Part shown: positions 8,057 through 16,772 of the stretch, one piece after another
How positions within the stretch are numbered: position 1 is the first letter of the stretch
How the letters are laid out: each line of letters starts with the position of its first letter
Source of the DNA: a bacterium
GTDB lineage: Bacteria > Margulisbacteria > Marinamargulisbacteria > UBA817 > JABISL01
Assembly: GCA_018700055.1 (NCBI GenBank)
Contig: JABISL010000034.1
Location: forward strand, 1,560 to 65,559
Direction of reading: 5' to 3'
DNA: 64,000 bases
Position numbers and translations under genes: made by a program
The notes under the pieces: model-generated
Seen by the model: the letters and a program-made list of their open reading frames with translations, nothing else
Told to the model about the DNA's origin: nothing
Database searches by the model: none

Positions 8057-9373
8057 CTATTTTGCTAACTTTTCAAGCATTTTAGCGACCTTGGAATCGC
8101 CATTCTTTTCATAGAGTGCTTCGAGGACTAAGGCGCCCATCTCGGTATCCCCAATTTTGAGGTAGTTGTGAGCGAGTAGATAGTAGGCTTCAAGTCGTTC
8201 TTCGTCTAATAACATGCTGGTTTCTAGGTAGTTAATAGCGGCATGGTGATATCCCATCTTGGTATAAACATATCCCAATTCGAAGTGAGCATCGTCCATA
8301 TCTTGTTCGTAGAAAACAATCTTGAGGAGTTGTTTTTCAGCATCAAGATAGTGCCCTCTTTCGATTGCGCGTTCGGCATGACTGAATAGATAACTTAGGA
8401 AGTTTTTGGCGCCATAGTCATAAGGTGTGCCTAGTTGTGGCGTCCATCGTAACCCTGCAAACGCAATATTATTAGTAAACGACTCATCTGTGTCAGTAGA
8501 TATACGAACCGTGTTACTGTAACCGCCGTTCAGCTGTAATGAGTCAGTTAGAAACTGTAAATATTGTACGCCAATTGTAGTGTCTTCATCTGTTCTTTCA
8601 GTGTCCCAATTGGGGTATTCTGAGTTTCCTTTTGAATAAATAAGAGTTAAGAGTTGATTGGCTGAAAGTTGTGCATAAGCCTCTCCTTTCATTGTGGTTC
8701 CTGAAAAATTATATGTCGTTTCTAAAGAAGAACTGTCCGCTACTTCATATCCCGCACCCAGACTTATCCAATGGTTAAGTGGCAGGTAAAGTGTTCCTCC
8801 GTAATTGTTCTCAGCGGTATCTATATCAACATCATTATATTGAAGGCCACTGTTTTCATAATATACATCGAGTCCTAAATTGGGATTAAAGTAATAAGAT
8901 AAGCGAGGTTTGAAAATGAGTTTTGAATATTGGTTTCCACTAGACTCAACCTCTTTAAACGTGTCATAAAACACGCTTCCGTTAAGTGTTAGTTGAGGGC
9001 CAAAGCTGTATTGTAACGTAGCGTAGGCTTGGTTTTTGACATATTGGTCAAAGTTTGAATTCATGTATTTATCGATGTTGCTCTGGAAGCCTGCATTCAG
9101 TGAAAGATCAGGGCTAAGGTAGCTGGAAATTCCGATGCCTATTCCAGCTTTGCTCGCAGTGACGTTTTCAGTTGTTGTGGAACTTAGGCTGAGATTATCA
9201 TTGGATTCTACCCCAAAGTCTAGTATTGGTGTGATTGAAATTCCGGCCCATAGGCTTTGGTAGGTGATTGCAAGTATGGCTATACATATTAGTGTTGTTT
9301 TTTTCATAAGGGTCCCCATAGAAAGGCCCTCCAGGCTCTGTCTGGAGGGTGCATTGTGTAGCAGATTAGTCAT
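8057..9373 (-). CDS. secreted / outer-membrane-associated protein with a C-terminal TPR-like domain
   Basis: 438 aa. It has a signal peptide (LICIAILAITYQSLWA) and a long beta-rich, S/T/N/G-rich region. The C-terminal roughly 100 aa carries TPR-like helical repeats (YYLLAHNYLKIGDTEMGALVLEALYEKNG). Confidence 0.35.
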   Translation of the reverse strand: MTNLLHNAPSRQSLEGLSMGTLMKKTTLICIAILAITYQSLWAGISITPILDFGVESNDNLSLSSTTTENVTASKAGIGIGISSYLSPDLSLNAGFQSNIDKYMNSNFDQYVKNQAYATLQYSFGPQLTLNGSVFYDTFKEVESSGNQYSKLIFKPRLSYYFNPNLGLDVYYENSGLQYNDVDIDTAENNYGGTLYLPLNHWISLGAGYEVADSSSLETTYNFSGTTMKGEAYAQLSANQLLTLIYSKGNSEYPNWDTERTDEDTTIGVQYLQFLTDSLQLNGGYSNTVRISTDTDESFTNNIAFAGLRWTPQLGTPYDYGAKNFLSYLFSHAERAIERGHYLDAEKQLLKIVFYEQDMDDAHFELGYVYTKMGYHHAAINYLETSMLLDEERLEAYYLLAHNYLKIGDTEMGALVLEALYEKNGDSKVAKMLEKLAK

Positions 9374-9974
9374 TTAGATTATCTAATAGGTTGTTTAGTT
9401 CATCTAGCCGGCTATCGATTTGTCGTTTAATTCGGTCTTTGTTTCGAATACGTTCATGCAGTTTACTGCGATGACGGTCGAAGTCTCTTCGATGTTTCAT
9501 GCTTTTTCGGTTTATCAGAGAGGTGTTAGGTCCGCTTCGGTGGTGTTTTCGAGTTAGTTTTTGGTCTAACTTATTGAGTTTTTTAGATAATTTATGAGCC
9601 AATTTACTTTTTCTTCGTCTTTTTTTGAGTTTGTTAACTTGCTTTTCGTTGAGTAAGTCGCGTGTTTTTTTTAGATCATCAATTTGAGTGTCCATTAACC
9701 GTTCGTTAATTAAAGCGACTGAGTTTTTCAGGTCAGCGATTTTGATCTCATCAGGTGTATCTTTAAGCAGTTCTTCACGAATACTTTGCTTTTTCTCTGT
9801 TTTTTGTGACACAAGATGTCGTCGTAACTTACTAGACTTCTTTTTTTGGTCGCGGATTTCATGTATTTGCTCACGGGATAAATCAAGTTCATCTACCCAA
9901 TTTTCTGCAAATGATATTGTGGGGATACTTAAGATTGCGATTAATGTTAGTGCTAATAGTTTTTTCTTAGTCAT
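9366..9974 (-). CDS. periplasmic highly basic coiled-coil protein with LTXXQ-like motifs (Spy/CpxP-family-like envelope stress protein)
   Basis: 202 aa with a signal peptide (LLALTLIAILSIPTISFA). It has LSREQ and LNEKQ motifs resembling the paired LTXXQ motifs of CpxP/Spy, and extreme K/R content. Its stop overlaps the downstream gene start. Confidence 0.35.
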   Translation of the reverse strand: MTKKKLLALTLIAILSIPTISFAENWVDELDLSREQIHEIRDQKKKSSKLRRHLVSQKTEKKQSIREELLKDTPDEIKIADLKNSVALINERLMDTQIDDLKKTRDLLNEKQVNKLKKRRRKSKLAHKLSKKLNKLDQKLTRKHHRSGPNTSLINRKSMKHRRDFDRHRSKLHERIRNKDRIKRQIDSRLDELNNLLDNLND

Positions 9975-10014
9975 GGTGTGGTCCTCCTTTTAAGGCCATT
10001 TGATCATTATACAA

Positions 10015-10299
10015 TCAGGATTCCTCAAATGTTCCCAGTATTTCTATATTGATATCGGCATCTTGCTCCATAGATATATAATCATCCGCGAACATTTCGT
10101 CCAAATACCCATTTACTTCTGACTCAAGTGCCACCTGGGTATAGATATTGATAGATAGTACCAGCGCTAAGCAAAAGGCCAATGAGCCTATTAACTTGGG
10201 CCGGAACCATTGGGAAAAGGCAGGTTTCTTCACTTCTCTTTCGTTTAGAGTGTCATTTATTCGATACCATAATTGATTGGGTGTTTTATTGTCTAACAT
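10015..10299 (-). CDS. putative anti-sigma factor (single-pass membrane protein)
   Basis: 94 aa with one TM segment (LIGSLAFCLALVLSINIY). It sits immediately downstream of, and overlapping, the ECF sigma factor gene, which is the classic sigma/anti-sigma arrangement. Confidence 0.4.
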   Translation of the reverse strand: MLDNKTPNQLWYRINDTLNEREVKKPAFSQWFRPKLIGSLAFCLALVLSINIYTQVALESEVNGYLDEMFADDYISMEQDADINIEILGTFEES

Positions 10300-10842
10300 G
10301 TTGTCCTACCTCCTTTATATATACGTTTTTTAATTGTTTCTTTGCTCGGTTGATTCTTGATTTCACAGTGCCAATATTGATATTCAAAAGTTCTGCAATG
10401 CGTTCGTATGGGTGGTCTTCTAAAGTTTTCATAACCAAGCATATTCGATAATCTGGTTTTATCTGCGCTAAACATTTCATGATTACTGGGTCTGTAAATT
10501 CCAAATCGGGGAGATGATCTTCGGTTTTTCCACCCCAAAAAAAGAGCTGTTCTGTTTTTTGAGAAACGTTTGATTTCGCTTCAACTGATTCAGTGTGTGA
10601 TTTACCGCAATACGATAGATCCATGTGGTGAACTGCGAAGAAAAGTTATATTTTTGGCGAGCATCATAGATTTTTATATAAATATCGTGTGCTAAGTCTT
10701 CGGCCTCCTGAGTATTTCGAGTAAGTTTGACGACAACATTAAATATATAGCTGGATGTTGCTAAATAGATCTCATGGAAAGCGGATCTATTACCATTTTG
10801 AAAGGCGCGAATCGTATCATCTGATATCTGTATTGATTCCAT
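10286..10842 (-). pseudogene. ECF (sigma-70 family) RNA polymerase sigma factor, split into two overlapping frames by a 1-nt frame change in a homopolymer. It is either a pseudogene, a phase-variable gene or an assembly error.
   Basis: ORF 10483..10842 encodes sigma region 2 (FTTWIYRIAVNHTLNQLKR). ORF 10286..10624, in a different frame, encodes region 4 (ERIAELLNINIGTVKSRINRAKKQL). The frames cross in the A7 run at 10537-10543 and the T6 run at 10555-10560. Confidence 0.55.
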
Positions 10843-10896
10843 ATAGTACCCTTCCCTCTTTTCCCATGATACAACCCTTATTGGTTTTTGTTCCCG

Positions 10897-11562
10897 TTAA
10901 TCAAGCCACTGTGTATAGTCGGAGAGAGGGAGTCGAGTAGGGACGAAAGTGTTTACGAGTGCATTTGGATCCGGTGCACCTAAGCTAAGGCCGCAGACGA
11001 TAAGTCGGTCAGGCGCTAAGTTGATGTGGTCACGTATTGTTTGAGAGAAGGCCAATAAACTGGCTTGAGGGCAACTGCCGAGCCCTTCGATGGTAAGACC
11101 AAGCATGACGTTTTGGAGGAATAATCCCATGTCGAGAAAGGTTCCTTTTTCTGAAGCCATAGGCAGATGAAAGATCATTAGACATGGCGCGCCAAAACAT
11201 TCAAAGTTTTCTCGTGAGTGTGCTTTTCTTTTGTCGTGATCGTCTCGTTTAATGCCTTTTAAATCAAAGAGTGCGTACCCACAGTCACGAGCCCGGGTTT
11301 TGAATGTGTCAGGGAAAGGGTTGGGGCTGTATTGATAGTCCGGGGAATCGAATTCATTGGCATCAAACTTTTGGCACATGGTTTCAATCAAGGTGCTCAG
11401 TGTATTTCCGGTGAGTATAGCGACTTCCCAAGGTTGGGTGTTTTTGGTGGATCCCGCCTGCCCTGCATTAGTGAGTATAGTTTCTAGGATTTGTCTGGAA
11501 ACTGGGGTGTTTAAAAAAGCGCGTTTACTGTGTCTGGATGTGATTGCACTGTGATCGATCAT
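10897..11562 (-). CDS. nitroreductase-family (NAD(P)H flavin oxidoreductase) protein
   Basis: 221 aa. The N-terminal HSKRAF..V..E.L..IL.AG.QAGSTKNTQPWE pattern is typical of the nitroreductase fold. Confidence 0.65.
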   Translation of the reverse strand: MIDHSAITSRHSKRAFLNTPVSRQILETILTNAGQAGSTKNTQPWEVAILTGNTLSTLIETMCQKFDANEFDSPDYQYSPNPFPDTFKTRARDCGYALFDLKGIKRDDHDKRKAHSRENFECFGAPCLMIFHLPMASEKGTFLDMGLFLQNVMLGLTIEGLGSCPQASLLAFSQTIRDHINLAPDRLIVCGLSLGAPDPNALVNTFVPTRLPLSDYTQWLD

Positions 11563-13658
11563 TTGCTTTTAGAAGTGGTGATCATATCGCCCATGATGGC
11601 GATAGTTTCTTCTAAATAAATGTCTTTAAGGAGAGATGTCTTCCAGGTCTCTAATTCTTTTTTACGAGCATCATCTTTAATGCTTTCTGCGGTAGGAATT
11701 AGGATGGTGACAGTGGCATTTTCGGTTGCGGCAGAAAGGTCATTGATGGATTTGGATTCTTTGATAGCCGCCCGTTGTTTGGCCCACGCTCTTTCAAAGT
11801 GCAAAGGTTGTAATGCATCTTTCTCTGTTTTGTTGGTAAGGATATAAGAGTTTATTTTGGTAAACTTGGGACTGACTTTGACGCGTCGTTCGCTTTGATC
11901 TCGTAATGGGCCTTTGTGCCATTTTTTTGACCATTTGGGATACGCGAGTCGGTTAATTTCGGTAGCTTCCATTGCATGCGGAAGTGTTTTTTCCCCAATT
12001 TCCATATAATCATTGGGGGAAGGTAAGATGATATCGGGAATAACGCCTTGATACTGGGTGGTTTTGCCATTTACGCGATAAAACTTTTGGATAGTGGATT
12101 TGAGTGATCCCAAGGGTTTGTATGATTGATAGAAAGGGTGGGCATCTAAGTTATAAAATGTTTGAACGGTACCCTTTCCAAAGGTTTGAGTCGTTCCCAC
12201 GATGATGGCGCGTTCGTAGTCCTGAAGTGCTCCAGCTAGAATTTCTGATGCGGAAGCACTAAATGTATTTACCATTACAATTAGGGGACCGTTATACGAA
12301 ATAGTGGGATCTCGATCTTCTAGAGAATGACTAGTATTGCGATCTTTTACCTGAACGACTGGGCCGGTTTTGATAAAGTGCCCGGTAACGCCAACCGCAT
12401 CTTTTAGGGAGCCACCCCCATTGTTACGGAGGTCCAAGATTATGCCCTGAATTTGGTGTTTTTTGAGCTCTTGAATAGCCTTGAGGATGTCATCAGAGGC
12501 GTTTCTGGCGGATTGTTTTTTGAAGTTTCGATAGAAAGAAGGGAGATAGATGTAGCCGATGTCGGCCTTAGTAGCTTTGGATTGATAGATGGCCGTTTTG
12601 GCATAGGTATCTTCGATTACTACGACGTCTCGAATGATTGGGATGATTTTGATTTGGCGATCGGGTTTTTTGACGGTGAGTTTTACGAGCGTCCCTTTTT
12701 TACCTCGAATGTGTTTCACAGCTTCTCTAACAGGAACATCCACGATATCAACAGGGTCGCCCTTTTTCTGAGCCACTTTTAGGATAATATCTTCGGCTTT
12801 GAGTTCCCCTTGTCGCCAAGCTGCACTGCCTGGAATGATCCGGACGACTTTTATTTTGCCGTCATCTTCTCTTAGAACGGCGCCAATGCCCTCCAATGTC
12901 CCGGTCATACCGATATCGAAGTCTTCTTTTTCGGCTGGTGGAAAATAAGATGTGTGGGGATCATAGACTTGGGCAAGTGCATTTAGATAGCGTTCATGGC
13001 GGTAGCTACGTTTCTCTTTTTGAAGACGTTTTAGACGCCGTCCTAAGCTTTTTTGGATTTTTTTTCGGGCTTTTTTTTCTAATTTGGCATCCCACTTAAA
13101 GGCCAACGACTCCGTGTTATTGGATGGCGTTTTGTCATCTTCCTTGAGGAGATTGAAGTAACTGATCATAACTTGGTAAGAAATTAATTTTCTCCAAAGT
13201 TGTTTTTGGGCGTCTTTATCTTTGGGGTATGCGCGCTTCTCAGCTTTGAGTTGTATGCTTACGTTTTGGGTGATGGGGAATGGGTCACTAAGGATGTCTT
13301 TGTAGATGCTTTGTACATATTGGATGCCTTCTTGATATCGAGCGGTGGCATCTTCAAAAAATGCATCTTGAGACTGAAGCAGTTGGTTATCGATGGTGTA
13401 TCGATAGTTATTTAATGCATTGATATCTATTTGGGTTAGAAATGTTTTGCCAGGGTCGAGTCTTTTGAGATAGAGGTCATAAACGCGTTCAGAATAACTA
13501 TTGTCGATTTTAAGTGGCGCATAGTGAGTTTGGGTTAGGCTATTTAGGATTAAGTTGGTTAGCGCTTTTTCCTTGGGGCTTGGGGTTGCCCACAAGGGCA
13601 CGCAAATAGCGAGAATGATTCCTGTTATTAGCCCCCGTTTAAGTTTTCCCCTGATCAC
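11559..13658 (-). CDS. prc: tail-specific (C-terminal processing) protease, S41A family
   Basis: 699 aa with a signal peptide, a PDZ-like segment, the RNNGGGSL and VNTFSASASEILAGALQDYERAIIVG catalytic-domain motifs, and an approximately 110-aa C-terminal extension after the catalytic domain. Confidence 0.85.
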   Translation of the reverse strand: MIRGKLKRGLITGIILAICVPLWATPSPKEKALTNLILNSLTQTHYAPLKIDNSYSERVYDLYLKRLDPGKTFLTQIDINALNNYRYTIDNQLLQSQDAFFEDATARYQEGIQYVQSIYKDILSDPFPITQNVSIQLKAEKRAYPKDKDAQKQLWRKLISYQVMISYFNLLKEDDKTPSNNTESLAFKWDAKLEKKARKKIQKSLGRRLKRLQKEKRSYRHERYLNALAQVYDPHTSYFPPAEKEDFDIGMTGTLEGIGAVLREDDGKIKVVRIIPGSAAWRQGELKAEDIILKVAQKKGDPVDIVDVPVREAVKHIRGKKGTLVKLTVKKPDRQIKIIPIIRDVVVIEDTYAKTAIYQSKATKADIGYIYLPSFYRNFKKQSARNASDDILKAIQELKKHQIQGIILDLRNNGGGSLKDAVGVTGHFIKTGPVVQVKDRNTSHSLEDRDPTISYNGPLIVMVNTFSASASEILAGALQDYERAIIVGTTQTFGKGTVQTFYNLDAHPFYQSYKPLGSLKSTIQKFYRVNGKTTQYQGVIPDIILPSPNDYMEIGEKTLPHAMEATEINRLAYPKWSKKWHKGPLRDQSERRVKVSPKFTKINSYILTNKTEKDALQPLHFERAWAKQRAAIKESKSINDLSAATENATVTILIPTAESIKDDARKKELETWKTSLLKDIYLEETIAIMGDMITTSKSK

Positions 13659-13671
13659 TATGACAGGCTCC

Positions 13672-14853
13672 TTAGGATTCTTCTAAATGAACTCTTTTGA
13701 CTTCTTCAGCTACTAGGTAAGGGACCTTTTTGTCCAATACAGCGGGTAGAATGTGGTCAACCGTAGGGTTTTCTACAGCGGTAGCCAATGCTCTTGCTGC
13801 TGCAATTTTCATTTTTTTTGTAATACGAGGTGCACGTGCATCGATTGCCCCACGGAAAATTCCAGGGAATGCCAATACGTTATTTACTTGGTTAGCGAAA
13901 TCGCTTCGTCCAGTGCCTACAATAAATGCCCCGGCTTCTTTTGCGTCTTCAGGCATTATTTCTGGGATTGGGTTAGACATAGCCAAGATAATGGCTTTGT
14001 CTGCCATAGATCGGACCATGTCCTTAGTGACACAGTTGGCGACACTAACACCAACAAATACGTCGGCATCAACAATGGCGTCTGCGAGAGATCCATTTTG
14101 ATTGTTCCGATTGGTTCGTTTGGCGATACGTAGCTTGGATGCGTTTTCAACAACATCAGGACGTGTTTCAGAAACGATTCCTTTGGAATCACAAAGTATG
14201 ATTTCTCGAACAGATTCTGGCTTGGCATCATCGTAGCTCATGCTTAGTAAAAGCTCTGCAATTGCAATTCCAGCAGCACCAGCACCATTGATAACAACTT
14301 TGAGTGTAGTTGGGTTTTTTCCGGCGAGCTTTGCAGCATTGAGGATGGCGGCCAACGTTACAATAGCTGTGCCATGTTGATCATCATGAAATACTGGAAT
14401 CCCAATATCTAATAAAGCTTCTTCGATTTCGAAGCAGCGAGGTGCAGCGATATCTTCAAGGTTAATTCCGCCAAATACAGGAGCAAGATTTTTCACGATG
14501 TTGATGATTTCGATTGTGTTTTGAGTTGTGAGACAGATTGGAAATGCGTCTACATTCGCATATTCTTTAAATAAAATGGCTTTGCCTTCCATTACAGGGA
14601 TTGCGGCTTCGGCACCAATGTTTCCAAGTCCTAGTACAGCAGAGCCGTCAGAAACGATGGCGACAGTGTTTTTCTTAAGAGTGAGGTCATGGACTCTCTC
14701 AGGGTTTTTGTGAATTTCTTCGCAAACGCCAGCTACTCCTGGGGTATAAGCTAAAGATAAATCGTGAGTGGTTTTGAGGGGGGCTTTTAAAGCGATTTCA
14801 AGTTTTCCGCCTAGTTCTTCGTGGTATTCAATGGATTCTTCATAAATCGTCAT
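13672..14853 (-). CDS. maeB: NAD(P)-dependent malic enzyme (short form)
   Basis: 393 aa. It has the LSLAYTPGVAGVC motif, a GAGAAGIAIAELL Rossmann motif and malic-enzyme family architecture. Confidence 0.85.
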   Translation of the reverse strand: MTIYEESIEYHEELGGKLEIALKAPLKTTHDLSLAYTPGVAGVCEEIHKNPERVHDLTLKKNTVAIVSDGSAVLGLGNIGAEAAIPVMEGKAILFKEYANVDAFPICLTTQNTIEIINIVKNLAPVFGGINLEDIAAPRCFEIEEALLDIGIPVFHDDQHGTAIVTLAAILNAAKLAGKNPTTLKVVINGAGAAGIAIAELLLSMSYDDAKPESVREIILCDSKGIVSETRPDVVENASKLRIAKRTNRNNQNGSLADAIVDADVFVGVSVANCVTKDMVRSMADKAIILAMSNPIPEIMPEDAKEAGAFIVGTGRSDFANQVNNVLAFPGIFRGAIDARAPRITKKMKIAAARALATAVENPTVDHILPAVLDKKVPYLVAEEVKRVHLEES

Positions 14854-14921
14854 GGGTTATTCTCCTTACTTTAAAGCTCAAGTATAACGGAGAATTACGC
14901 TAGGCACAAATTTAGCAGGGG

Positions 14922-15752
14922 CTATACACCGGTTTTTTGGTCCCATTTTTCGATATGAAGACGGGGGGAGAAAGTGTATTGGTGGGTTTTACATAAGGTT
15001 TGGATAGTTGGTGCCAAGCGTAGGTAGTCCTTTCGGTTATCTGCTGCTGGCATTAGTAATATGCGATTATTGGCGATGGCGTGAGGGGTTTGGTATGTCT
15101 TTTGAATTTCATGGAGGTCATTTTCGTTCTGAATCACAAACTTGAAGCTTGATTTGGGATTACGACCAAACCAGTCGATAACATCAGTACAATATCGTTT
15201 ATCAAGAGACATGCCGCTATTGGCTAGTTTGGGGCTGACGTTATATTGAGAGATGTGTGAATCCAGTTTTTTGGATGGAATAAGTGTCCCATTAGTTTCC
15301 ATTTCTATTTGGATAAGATCCACATCCGCCTTTGGCGTAGATGGATTACGGAGTTTCGAAGCAAGTTTGAAGTTCTCTCGGCCGCTTTTGACTTGGAGTT
15401 CATCCGATAAGTCGTCTAAAAAGGCACAAATGGCAGTGTCATGGAGTAGGGGTTCGCCCCCAGTAACAACTAAGTGAGTGCCGGACCGAAGACTATCAAT
15501 CCATCCGTTTAGTTTCCAAGTTTTTAATAAAGTATCTATTGGAGTGGGAGTTCCCTTGGTCCATACCTCGATGGTGTCACAGCGCCAGGTGGCTCCGAAA
15601 TCCAGTGTTTTTGTCTTAATTGTGTTGGGGCCACCGCAAGTAAGGTTACATCCGGATAACCGTAAGAATAGTGCGGGAACACCGGCGGAAATACCTTCGC
15701 CTTGAATCGATAAAAAAGATTCAGAGATGGATAGGGTTGTTGATTTTGTCAT
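14922..15752 (-). CDS. queE: 7-carboxy-7-deazaguanine synthase (radical SAM QueE)
   Basis: 276 aa. The FLSIQGEGISAGVPALFLRLSGC, LVVTGGEPLLHD, METNGT and VSPK blocks run colinear with E. coli QueE. The cysteine spacing is unusual (C-x3-C-x17-C) and the protein is longer than typical. Confidence 0.7.
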   Translation of the reverse strand: MTKSTTLSISESFLSIQGEGISAGVPALFLRLSGCNLTCGGPNTIKTKTLDFGATWRCDTIEVWTKGTPTPIDTLLKTWKLNGWIDSLRSGTHLVVTGGEPLLHDTAICAFLDDLSDELQVKSGRENFKLASKLRNPSTPKADVDLIQIEMETNGTLIPSKKLDSHISQYNVSPKLANSGMSLDKRYCTDVIDWFGRNPKSSFKFVIQNENDLHEIQKTYQTPHAIANNRILLMPAADNRKDYLRLAPTIQTLCKTHQYTFSPRLHIEKWDQKTGV

Positions 15753-15827
15753 ATTTGAAATTCCTGGAGTAAGTATAAAGGTCGAGTATTTTTTTGTGAA
15801 ACATAAGTGCTCGGCTATAATAAGTAA

Positions 15828-16772
15828 ATGAAGTGGGAAAAATGGACCGGGGTATTGATGGTTGTGTTTGCAGTAGTGTTTTCACCAGCACTATTTGCGG
15901 AAGGTCCTGTTGTTTATGTTCTAAAGCATAAGTCTCTTTCTGTTTATAACGAGACAGAGGCGGCTGTGGTGGCGGATTTGAAATTGGACTACACGGTTGT
16001 AACAGCGAATGTCACTCTTGATACGATTAACTCGGTGTCGAGAGCGATTCGGAAGAAAAAGGCTGTGGCAGTCGTTGCCATTGGGACTAAGGCAACAGCA
16101 ATGATTAAGAAGAAGGTTACGCGTATCCCAATTCTTTTTTGTATGGCGTTGCGACCTGTTAAGACCGGTTTGGTTCCTTCGCTTAAACGGCCTGGTCATA
16201 TGATTACCGGAATTTCATTGGATATTCCGGTTGAAGTCCAGTTTAAACGTATTCGGAAACTTTTTCCTTGGATCAACAGAATCGGTGTTTTATACACTCC
16301 AAATCAAGATGAAGCGTTGATAGCGGCTGCCAAAAAATCAGCTAAACGATATGGGTTTAAGTTGTATATTAAGCCAATCCATTCGCAGAGTCAGATTCAA
16401 CCGCAGCTTAAGGATCTTTTTCAGAAACAAATTGAGCTGCTATGGGCCATTCCTGATCAAAAAATATATTCCAAACAAAACCTAGAATATATTCTTTTGT
16501 CCCTCAACCGGTTCAAAATTCCTTTTATGGGATTGTCTCGCGCCTATTTAAGTATGGGTGCCTTTTTCTCATTTGATCCAGATCCGAGTGATATAGGGAA
16601 AAGAACAGCCGCTCTAGTGAAGCGAGTGGATCAAAAAGGGGTGTCGCCAGGCAAAATATCTATAAAGGGCCCTAAAAAAATTAACTATTCTATCAATCAA
16701 CGTGTGATGAAGCGGTTTGGGTTTCATCCGCCACAAGAGACATTGAGAAATGCTAAAGAGGTCTTCCAATAA
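15828..16772 (+). CDS. periplasmic substrate-binding protein of the ABC_sub_bind (PF04392-like) family
   Basis: 314 aa with a signal peptide. The fold pattern resembles the uncharacterised ABC-type periplasmic components often found upstream of cyclase or kinase sensors. Its stop overlaps the downstream cyclase start (ATGA). Confidence 0.45.
   Translation: MKWEKWTGVLMVVFAVVFSPALFAEGPVVYVLKHKSLSVYNETEAAVVADLKLDYTVVTANVTLDTINSVSRAIRKKKAVAVVAIGTKATAMIKKKVTRIPILFCMALRPVKTGLVPSLKRPGHMITGISLDIPVEVQFKRIRKLFPWINRIGVLYTPNQDEALIAAAKKSAKRYGFKLYIKPIHSQSQIQPQLKDLFQKQIELLWAIPDQKIYSKQNLEYILLSLNRFKIPFMGLSRAYLSMGAFFSFDPDPSDIGKRTAALVKRVDQKGVSPGKISIKGPKKINYSINQRVMKRFGFHPPQETLRNAKEVFQ

Noticed and set aside
10293-10538. 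81-aa minus-strand ORF overlapping the sigma-factor region
   Set aside because: It is the third frame across the same DNA as the ECF sigma region 4. It has no sigma or other motifs and is a shadow ORF.
13730-14231. Several ORFs of 90-126 aa on both strands inside the malic enzyme gene
   Set aside because: They lie inside, or antisense to, a confidently identified CDS and have no recognisable motifs.
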